This document shows positions 13,255-64,000 of a stretch of DNA of 64,000 bases, in pieces. Every line of letters begins with the position of its first letter. Position 1 is the stretch's first letter. This stretch comes from Owenia fusiformis. Taxonomy: Eukaryota. A program made the translations under genes and the position numbers. Under the pieces are notes generated by a model that was not told where the DNA came from, did not search any database, and worked only from the letters and a program-made list of their open reading frames with translations. The stretch covers positions 21,948,001 through 22,012,000 of the forward strand of contig CAIIXF020000001.1 in NCBI GenBank assembly GCA_903813345.2. Reading direction: 5' to 3'.

Positions 13255-13603
13255 TTAACCAGGATATTTATTACCTCATCATTATCAATACTTAACCTTA
13301 AAGTTTTGATTTTCTAATGTAGATGCATCATACATTTAGTCTAATTTCTTTTTTCATCAGGATATCTATTGTTTGGACCGACGTTTTTTATCAGTAGTAC
13401 AGTCATCTTGATCTCCTTCAAGGTTTGAGTACTAAGTTCAAGCGCTACTGTAAACCTAGAAATTTAAAGCAAAATATTCAGATTGAGTAATTGATCGATC
13501 CGGGTTACTAATTCAAGTTATATTTGAACATCTAATGAATCGTATATATTATAACACGTAAGACATACATACAATAATATCAGAGCAGTAAATGATTTTA
13601 ATA

Positions 13604-13780
13604 ATTCACAAAACTAATTAATTCTTACTACACTACATAAAAATCATACATTATTGGCGTTTCGGCATGTTCAGAATTTTTATTCAACTTCCAGTTCTTG
13701 AGCATGAGCTCCCCACAGTTGTTGCCGAAACATCAATAATGTAAGTTTTTTGGGTAGTGCAATTAATTAGTTTTGTGATT
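13604..13780. repeat. Short imperfect fold-back element upstream of the UGT
   Basis: TCACAAAACTAATTAATT..CTAC..ACATTATTGGCGTTTCGGCA pairs with TGCCGAAACATCAATAATGT..GTAG..AATTAATTAGTTTTGTGA. Confidence 0.65.
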
Positions 13781-14083
13781 TATAGCCCCATTAGATGACC
13801 TACCCAATGAACCTCTTCAGTGAGATTTTAACAATAACTGAGACAATCAGAATGGCCAGAAACGTAAACATTTTTTTCATTGTGACATGTTTTTCAAAAT
13901 ATAGCACCATGAACACAATCCATTATTAAAATTCAGGAAGTACCAGAAGATCCCTCCTAAATTCACCATTTTTGACAAAAAATAGAAATTCAAAATATTC
14001 CATGCTTACAGTACACAAATATTATATATCATGCCAAGAAATTCTGTAGCATATTTAGTCCTTGTTAGTTTTGAAAAGTAATT

Positions 14084-15676
14084 ATGGATTCAAAGGCATT
14101 GTTTCTATTTTTGTGTTCTTCTGTTATGAGTGTATCTTGCATTCATGGAGCAAAACTACTATTTGCACCCTTAGACTTAGGATATAATAGCAGGGTAACA
14201 AATATGTTAAAACTGTGCAATTTGATGTACAAACAAGGGCATGATATCAGTGTATTATGGTCTGAATTACTACAGAAACACGAGCTATATGAAATGAATG
14301 AGAAAAACAACTTGAAAATGATGGAACAGTATGATATCATTACATACAAAACTCCAGTCCTGAATGGAACAGGAAATCAAAATTGGTTGGATGATATGAT
14401 TGGACTGCCTATGTCACAGCAAAATGAACCTACCAGACCTGTAATTCTCTCCAACTTAGAACTTACCTTAAAAGATCAAACTGCTTGGAAGAGATTAACT
14501 GAAGTGAAGTATGATTTGATAATAACTGATGAATACGTATTCGTTACAAGAATCCTAGGAGCGCAGTTTGATATTCCTGTTATAGCCTATATAAATTGGG
14601 GACCATTTTCTATACAAGGATCACTGCTGGCTCCAATTAACCCCTCCTATATACCAATAGACTTAAGTCAACCCTATAGCGATAGCATGACTTTCATGGA
14701 GAGACTATGGAACACATGGGAGCATATCAAGTTGTACAAGTCTTCTATTACAACTTTTGGAAAAGCAAAGGAGATCTGTTTGAAGTACAGTCGGATCATC
14801 AAACCAAGTGCTTGTGAGAATTTGCCTGATTTCTACAAAACAGTTTCGTTGATTTTGATGAACAGGCACAATGTGTTACATTATCCAGCTCCATTTATGC
14901 CTCATGTGATCTCGATTGCTGACTTTTTTCTAGATCCACCAAAGCAGTTGGATGCTTATTACAATGACATCGTAGAAAATAGTGGCTCTCATGGTGTTAT
15001 ACTGGTTAGCTTTGGTTCCCTATTTCGACGTCTTTCTGACACGAGAGCTGCAATGTTTGCCCGTGCATTCGCTGCAATGCCTCAAACTGTCATATGGAGT
15101 TATGATGGAGATAAACCAGAAGGTCTAGGTGCCAATACTATCATTGACAAATGGATCCCACAAAAGGACCTCATGAGCCACCCGAACATAAAACTGGTGG
15201 TGCATCAATGTGGAATGACAAGCACTTTTCAAACTATCCACTATGCCCAACCTACCGTTAACATACCATTTTTCCTGGATCAAGTCTACAACTGTGAAAA
15301 ACTTGCGAATCGTGTGAAGTCAGGGGAGCTGTTACGAGTGGAGGGGTTAACAAGTGAAATTCTACTGAAGGCCATGAAGAATGTGATCAGCAATGCAACA
15401 TATAAAGCTAATGCTGAGAAGGCCTCTAAGATTCTGTCAGATAATGACATGGATCCAAGCGACAAGGCAATATACTGGATTGAATATGTCCTTCGTCATA
15501 AAGGGGCCCATCATCTGCGCTCTCAGGGGATGAATAATCTTAGCTTCTGTCAGTACTACCTGTTGGATATTATTGGACTTGTTTTACTCATTGTAATTTT
15601 CATTCTCTATGTTGTTGTTTCTCTTGTAAAGTTCTTAGGAAGGAAAATTTGGCCTTATAAGCAAAAGAGAGACTGA
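14084..15676 (+). CDS. UDP-glucuronosyl/glycosyltransferase (GT1 family), intronless CDS, 530 aa
   Basis: Signal peptide; NPSYIP...SDSMTFMERLWN; GVILVSFGS; UGT signature WIPQKDLMSHPNIKLVV...IPFFLDQ; AIYWIEYVLRHKGAHHLR..QYYLLD; C-terminal TM helix and KQKRD ER-retrieval-like tail. Confidence 0.97.
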   Translation: MDSKALFLFLCSSVMSVSCIHGAKLLFAPLDLGYNSRVTNMLKLCNLMYKQGHDISVLWSELLQKHELYEMNEKNNLKMMEQYDIITYKTPVLNGTGNQNWLDDMIGLPMSQQNEPTRPVILSNLELTLKDQTAWKRLTEVKYDLIITDEYVFVTRILGAQFDIPVIAYINWGPFSIQGSLLAPINPSYIPIDLSQPYSDSMTFMERLWNTWEHIKLYKSSITTFGKAKEICLKYSRIIKPSACENLPDFYKTVSLILMNRHNVLHYPAPFMPHVISIADFFLDPPKQLDAYYNDIVENSGSHGVILVSFGSLFRRLSDTRAAMFARAFAAMPQTVIWSYDGDKPEGLGANTIIDKWIPQKDLMSHPNIKLVVHQCGMTSTFQTIHYAQPTVNIPFFLDQVYNCEKLANRVKSGELLRVEGLTSEILLKAMKNVISNATYKANAEKASKILSDNDMDPSDKAIYWIEYVLRHKGAHHLRSQGMNNLSFCQYYLLDIIGLVLLIVIFILYVVVSLVKFLGRKIWPYKQKRD

Positions 15677-15720
15677 ATCAGGTATAAAGGGGTATGATGT
15701 GATCAAAATAACTAGAAATG

Positions 15721-15955
15721 TATACAGAATATCAGATCATTTTGTGTGATATCATTTCGAGTGAGCAATGTAAATGAAGGGTTGATATTTGAGATCTACT
15801 TGGCTATAATATGAATCTCAAAATGATCTGATATTATTGGGTTTATCATAATCAAAAATAAAATGATTTTTTGAAAAAGATCATATGGATCATCATAAAA
15901 TCAGAAATATTACTGGCTGTTATTGAACAGATAAAACTATAATCATAGGACAAAT
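15721..15955 (+). mobile_element. Diverged copy of the hairpin-headed element family found at 21027-21997
   Basis: Shares TATACAGAATATCA.ATCATTTTG.GTGATATCATTT, GTTGATATTTGA, TATTGGGTTTATC and GCTGTTATTG.ACAGATAA with the 21-kb copies. Confidence 0.65.
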
Positions 15956-16218
15956 GAAAATATTAACTGTGACAACGAGAAGTCCTCAGTTTAATGAAAC
16001 AAATCAAATGTAATATCACACCATAAGTTTTTATGTAAAAATGCATCATGTAACATGTTATATACAGTATTATATTACAACAAGCCTATTATATATTAAA
16101 TAGTAAGAAAATATTATCTACATGCATATTCATACATCAAAGTCATCTCAACAATTCACATTACATATAATATTTTTTCTACTTTTGATTTAGCCTAATT
16201 TGGCTTAAACAAATATGA

Positions 16219-16424
16219 CAGTGGTCTCCCCAGCATCAAAGCAAGTGAATGCAGCACCCACCTGAGATTTCAGAAACAGGCTTGCACCCATCTGAAAATC
16301 TATTTGCACCCACTTGAAAATGAGAAAAATTATGAAAAATTGGGATAATTTGACCAATTTTTGTCTAAATTGTGAAAATGAGAATTTTGCACCCACTTGA
16401 GAAAAAATCCTGTGGAGAACACTG
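16219..16424. mobile_element. MITE with CAGTG termini and 5-bp TSD
   Basis: TATGA|CAGTGGTCTCC ... GGAGAACACTG|TATGA. Confidence 0.6.
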
Positions 16425-16619
16425 TATGATAATGTTCATATCTCTTATTATTTGCACATACACATGTAATTGAATGTGAACACAAATAAACATAAGTTAC
16501 ACACTACCATTGATTTCCATACATTGAACATATTTTCGTGAATATGATACTATAGTTTGATAAATTTAAGCCCAATCAAACACCGATGAATAAAAGTAAA
16601 AAAGCACTTTTCACAATAC

Positions 16620-17402
16620 AAGTGTCATTGGACATTTTCTGGTATTGCATCAGTGTCATTGCATCATTGATGATACATGTATTGCACAATTGCCATATGA
16701 TAATGTATGTCACCATTGTCATTGGAAGATACATGTATTTCACCATTGTCATTGGATGATACATGTACCATTACTACACAATTGTCATTAGATGATGCTT
16801 GTATTGCACAATTGCCATATGATAATGTATGTCACCATTGTCATTGGAAGATACATGTATTTCACCATTGTCATTGGATGATACATGTACCAGTACTACA
16901 CAATTGTCATTAGATGATGCTTGTATTGCACAATTGCCATATGATAATGTATGTCACCATTGTCATTGGAAGATACATGTATTTCACCATTGTCATTGGA
17001 TGATACATGTACCAGTACTACACAATTGTCATTAGATGATGCTTGTATTGCACAATTGCCATTGGATGATACATGTATTTCACCATTGTCATTGGAAGAT
17101 ACATATGCCAGTATTGCACAATTGTCATTGGATGATACTTGTATTGCACAATTGCCATTGGACGATGCATGTATTTCACCATTGTCATTGAAAGATACAT
17201 GTGCCAGTATTGCACAATTGTCTTTGGACGATACATGCATTTCACCATTGTCATTGGATGATACATATATTTCACCATTGTCATTGGAAGATACATGTGC
17301 CAGTATTGCACACTTGTCATCGGATGATACATGTATTTCACCATTGTCATTGGAAGATACATGTGTCAGTATTGCACCATTGTCATTGGAAGATACATGT
17401 CC
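16620..17402. repeat. Complex minisatellite (~30-bp module, 122-bp higher-order unit) downstream of the SVEP1 stop
   Basis: Module CACCATTGTCATTGGA(A/T)GATACATGTATTT and variants; higher-order starts at 16707, 16829, 16951. Confidence 0.93.
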
Positions 17403-17607
17403 ATTTGTTATCTCTTCAGTCAAATTGTATCTCAGTCAAGTAGCTGTTCCCAGGCAGCGACAATTTGGCATATTATTGGCAAAGCATATCCTAGATACAA
17501 GTCCCTCTCAGCCAGTGTCTTACATATTTGTGTAGTCTTGCTATTTGTGTAGTGCTCTGTGTGTAACCATGTACTGCGGTTCTCGTTTCCTTACGTCCAT
17601 AGTCTTC

Positions 17608-59099
<41,492 letters not shown>

Positions 59100-61989
59100 A
59101 CTGAGAAATATGTCTATTATTCCTATAGCACAGCATGTAGATATTCTCTTGTTTTCCAGCAATAATGAATAGTAAAGATACGTCAAAGTGCTAAATGATA
59201 AGCTAAGAAGTGTAGTGTAGCTATAACTTATATTATGTTTCTTCATGCATCCATTCTGCCTCAAGTGTGCCCCAAGGAGCTCTTGAAATATACCAGGAAA
59301 ATGTTACATTACTCTACCATGAGAACATATTTCAATTTAACCACAAGATAACGGACATTGCCTGCCTGGAGCTTGCTATTATCATAATGTGGATGGTTAC
59401 TGACCAGGAGAGCGAAAATAATAAAACAATCAACATACAACTTGATAGTAATTTATTTTTCTGTTCAATAAATTAAATGTGCAAATTAAAGTCCTGTAGA
59501 ATTACAACCCTGAACTAGTATTCTGAAAAATTGATCCCATATTTTATTTACAGATTGGTGATGGTATTATTACTCTAATGTTTTCTTTCACAGAGGGTCT
59601 GTATTCTTAAGTTTTAGCATGTGTGTGGTTTTATCCCCAACTGCTCACATTTCAAATTCAAGAATGCAGTGTACTTGATGTGAGACCTGAACCCTATCAT
59701 ACGGTCTCAAATGGATTATTAGCATATGTCCTTCGGGAGATAATAGCATCTAGTTGACGTGGCTACACATGGACACAAAAACAACCAGAGGCAATAGGAC
59801 ATGCTTGTTGCCACGTTGTAAAATATGATCTGTCCCAATATAGGAGATCCAAAGACCAAATGCTGGAAAAATGTGTAAATAGGACTTTACTTGGAAATCT
59901 AAGATTGATATCTGAATGACATATTAGAAATTACATGTTTCACTTAAATTTTTATTCTCTGTATTGTGTACCAATATAGGCCTATATTAGGCCTATGCTA
60001 TGTGTCAATATCTTGTCTCAACAGAAAAGTTAAACCCCTCCCATTCCCTTTTAAATAATCTGGTTTCACTTCTTTAAAAGAGCTTCAGGTATCATTTAAT
60101 ACACAGTTATCACAAGGCTCAGAGTACTCTCCCCTTAGCTTAAAAAAGTTGATTTGCCATTCATCACTTGATTTTAGAAAAATCAACAAATTATTTCATT
60201 GTAAAGAATAAAACAGACGGACAGACAAGTGAGTCATTTCAATAGCTCACATCATGTGAGCTAAAAATGAACTAGAAATGTTTAACATAGTTGAAGAAGC
60301 CACATCTGTAAGGAATGCAAACAACAAAAAAGTAATAGACATTTGATGAATGGGACAAAACTTGAGGAGCTAAAAATTTGACCTTCGACATAAGTTTATA
60401 AATTGTGTCGTTCCTCTTCCCCAGAATCCTGAAAACATCAGCTTGGTTTACTACCTCAGACAAATTACAATGTATTACAACAGATGTTATAATAGACAGT
60501 AAGTGGGAGGGGCTACCAGAGGCCAATAAATATGATGGATTTTATTGTTAGACCTCCTTATACCTTATGTTAAAGAGGGGGGGGGGGGGGTATACTAATC
60601 TCTTGATAGGCTCCATTTGAAGGTGTGGGAGGCAATTTTTTCATGTTGAGTGGAGTCTTTTTTGGAAAATGAGACCAGAATTTTATGTGTACATGCGCAG
60701 AAAGGGATTTTGAAAAATTTTTTTTTGGCTCCCTTGTCAGTCTCGAGATCCATCCTTGGATTCTTCTCACTGTAAATACTATTTATGGCAACTCATGGCT
60801 ATTATATATCATGGTGTAATATTCAAATAAGCCTTGTATGGCCATACTAGTCTATACAGCTACTGTACATGCATTCATTTAAAGTACTTATATATAGATG
60901 TCACTTGCTCTATTCATTCTTATCATAGTAACTTGTACAAAAAAACTCATAGTGACTGAAACTCCTCATTTTGTGCTTTATGATGAAAAGATAATTTTTA
61001 ACTTTTCAAAAAACATTTTTTTCATAAGAATTGTAATGATTGAGTTACATTTGCTCAGATTTTCAAACCAGGAGGATTGTGTATTTTGTTCAAAATTGTA
61101 TTCGCCAGATTGAAAATCAGAGCTAATGTAACGGAGGCAAAATGCAAATCCCTTTTAGTTTAAGGTAGCCTACTTTTATTATACAAATCAGATAAGTTAA
61201 ATAATGCTTTTTCTTTTTTCTAGATTTAGATAGGTGGCACTGGCAGCATCAGATCAAGGTAGATGGAGAGAATAGGAATTTCTGTTATTCACTTTTCATA
61301 GATGGAGCCATTGTAGGAATTACAATTTACAATAAGTAAATGGAGTGCTTTTAACAAGGATGATTGTACCGAATGGTTCATACCAAATATTGTTAATACA
61401 GGAAATGTCACTTTGAATATAGAGTACTGTATACTGTAGGCCTATATGTAAATAGTGCTAACCTTAATTGTCCTCTACTCATCCCCTCAACTAAAGCACA
61501 ACATCACAAAATATATCATTTTCATCATTTGTAACTTTTTATTTTGTTCATCTGAACAAGTTTTATTCTTATTTCTTTGGTTTTTGTTTAATACTTTGTC
61601 TACACTAGGAATACCGATAACTAAATTGCAACTCATCGTGTTCATTTAATTGATAAAAGAATACCATTTAACATTCTCTTATTGATAAATTTGGTAAAGT
61701 TTTCAAAACTTTGTGAATTGTACAGATTTTTGCACTAGGATAATGAAAAACATGGTCACCAACAAATCAACATGGTGCTATCATACATTATGTCAATTTC
61801 AATTATAACAATAAAACAAAAACTCATGAAAAGATGTCAATGCATCAAAAATTAAAATCCATATTTATAATGTGCCGACACAAAAATTATTAATAATAAA
61901 CTTGAACTGCGATATATGCATCATAAATATAAGAAATTAAGGTAGACTTTAATTGGTGATGGTATACTCACTACTGCAATGGGTAGAAA

Positions 61990-62451
61990 TAGGGGTGAGA
62001 CGACAACCCGATGAGTCGAGGACTCGCGGGTTTGGAGCTTCGAGTCGAGTCCAATCGAGTCGAAGTTGATGAATCGAATCATTTTCGAGTTGAGAAAAAA
62101 ATTCGAAAAAATAAAAAAATTCAGAAAAATACTGTCAATATGCATGTTTTTACTCGATATTGCGTTGAATATATAAGTTTCAATGACTTGGATATGCTTG
62201 TATTAAATTATTATATTGTATGTGCACACAAATGAAAGAATATATGTAATAAAATCAGAATAAACTTACGACGAATTGTGTTTGTTTATATTTCCGGCTT
62301 TCCACCATTGACGCATTAAAAATACGAACGGTCAAAAGCGATGTTGTTCGCACTTCGCGCGACTCGAAACGGATTCGAAACTCGAATCGTCATTTTCTGA
62401 CTCAAATCGGATTCGACTCGAATCAGATTTTTTCGACTCGTCTCACCCCTG
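61990..62451. mobile_element. hAT-type MITE with 8-bp TSD
   Basis: GGTAGAAA|TAGGGGTGAGACGA ... TCGTCTCACCCCTG|GGTAGAAA; subterminal CGAGTC/GACTCG repeats. Confidence 0.88.
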
Positions 62452-62731
62452 GGTAGAAACATCTAGATAAATGATTCACTTTCTATATTGTGTACCAATA
62501 CTGAATACTTAAAAAAAAAAATCTAGGTAATTTCCATGTGAAACTATAAATTATCTTTGGCTATTAAGAATACAGAATGTTGTAAGATGAATTGGCAATA
62601 TGGCATGATAAATAACTCTTTTGTACTTAGAAGCTAAGTATACACTGTACAAATATTTATAAAAAACAGTATTTACATATAAATATACAAATATGTACAC
62701 CAAATTGAATACTAGTAGTTTATCATCAGGG

Positions 62732-63750
62732 TCATAAAACTGTACGAGGTAGGAGCATAGATGTTGATCTTGAGCTCATGTTAGAGGCACAAGGAGAATT
62801 GTCTCTGCTGCTCTCTGTGGAGCTACTCTGACTACTTGGCGGAGTCTCTAGTAGGGCAAAAACCAGACGAGCATCTGAGATACTACTTCGCCTGCTGCTG
62901 GGCCTACTTTCTAGAGGCTGTGTTCGTTTACAGCAACAAGGGCAGCACCGTTTGAACAAGGCAGCGATAGCCTTGATCACATTGTCCATTGGCTCTAAGG
63001 AATGCATCCATAGTGGAAGCCATTCCCAATTCCTGAACTTAGTTGGGAGCCATTTAGGCTTTTTGTCCTGAATGAGATTCACAAATAGCACAACTGCAAC
63101 AACAAAGAATACTGTACCAAGAACAATGGAAAGGGGTAGGAGGCCAGCCATCGATAGTCCAAATATGGCCCCAGGGGTGATGAAAAACATCACAATGACG
63201 TAAAATATTGCAAACCACCTGAATCTGGCGGTTGTGTTGCCCATCACCTTCGCAAGTTTTATCGGGGCCTTTCTCATAACTGGAACTGGGAAGAACAAGA
63301 GGATTCCTGATATGTTGAAAAACAAATGAACGAGACTGATCTGGAAAGCACTCGCTACTTTGTCCCCTGATGAGGCGAATGCTGCTAGCATACTCGTCAT
63401 CGTTGTGCCAATGTTGGATCCGAGGGTCAATGGGTACATTCGCTCCAATGAGATCACTCCTATTCCTACCAATGGGGTCATGGCTGAGGTGAACACAGAG
63501 CTACTCTGGACTAGCATCGTCATCCCAGCACCCACTATTATAGCGACATACCCTGTCAGGAACTTCAGTTTTCCTGGGAAATCTGCATTGATTGTTTTTT
63601 TGATGATCTTGGCAATATTGCCATTGAGAATGGAATGAAGTAGTTTGACCAGTAGCACAAGGCATGTGCAGAGGAGGAACAGGGCCACGGCTAGTAGCAG
63701 GAAACCAATCACCATATCACTGAGACCAGTGTCGTAGAACATAAAGGAAC
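62732..63750 (-). CDS. SLC34A2: Sodium-dependent phosphate cotransporter SLC34 (NaPi-II, IIb-like), last coding exon; gene is 5'-partial
   Basis: Acceptor TTTTCAG| at 63750; LVQSSSVFTSAMTPLVGIGVISLERMYPLTLGSNIGTT and FQISLVHLFFNISGILL; Cys cluster CCPCCC; C-terminal TVL PDZ-type motif. The symbol denotes the closest vertebrate type, not proven one-to-one orthology. Confidence 0.95.
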
Positions 63751-64000
63751 CTGAAAATATATGAACAATTGATGAAATATGGGTCAAGACTTTTTAAAAG
63801 TACCTTCTTTGGAATAGGCCAACATTTAATTTATGCCCATCCAGTTACTCCCTCCCCACTTGAAAATAATGAATGATCCCATTTCAAAACCTCTACAAGT
63901 AGTTAAACATGCATGAGTGTACAGATGATAAACAAAACAAAGATTTATTATTGACAATAAATGAACTAAACCTTTGCTATATACTAATAGACATGATTTT

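Noticed and set aside
12431-13317. Mirror-image 62-63 aa ORFs (MEIVxLTGGQTRTLL...)
   Set aside because: By-products of the fold-back MITE arms, with GTG starts and no recognisable domain.
13372-13460. Possible Penelope-type hammerhead ribozyme remnant
   Set aside because: The core CTGANGA and GAAA boxes are not intact.
16576-17552. Multiple 60-194 aa ORFs on both strands (e.g. SPLSLEDTC repeats, His/Cys-rich frames)
   Set aside because: They are translations of a ~30-bp minisatellite open in several frames, with no splice or domain support.

Overview
AT-rich, intron-rich animal genomic DNA. It is probably a marine invertebrate or lophotrochozoan, but the species cannot be determined from the sequence. 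Five host genes can be traced by hand through splice-phase-consistent exons: (1) the 3' six exons of ARMC7 (+); (2) a 9-exon, 424-aa secreted Cys-rich/EGF protein ending in an inter-alpha-trypsin-inhibitor heavy-chain C-terminal-like domain with a GDPH motif (-); (3) a UDP-glycosyltransferase with an intronless CDS and atypical catalytic residues (+); (4) a 32-exon, ~4,694-aa SVEP1/polydom orthologue (-) with one 8,250-nt exon encoding 47 CCP modules, a GC-AG intron and a 14-fold tandem array of one splice acceptor; (5) the last exon of an SLC34 Na/Pi cotransporter (-). Introns are full of non-autonomous DNA elements (mariner, Helentron/DINE-1-like, Kolobok-like, Transib-like, hAT-like, hairpin-headed). 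The most striking object is a 5,914-bp almost fully palindromic insertion in SVEP1 intron 1, with AGTAG...CTACT termini and a 6-bp target-site duplication (Polinton/Maverick hallmarks). It carries two identical convergent copies of a small basic-protein gene and no integrase or polymerase, so it looks like an integrated snap-back (fold-back) defective Polinton genome. Family assignments are from motif recognition only; no searches were run.
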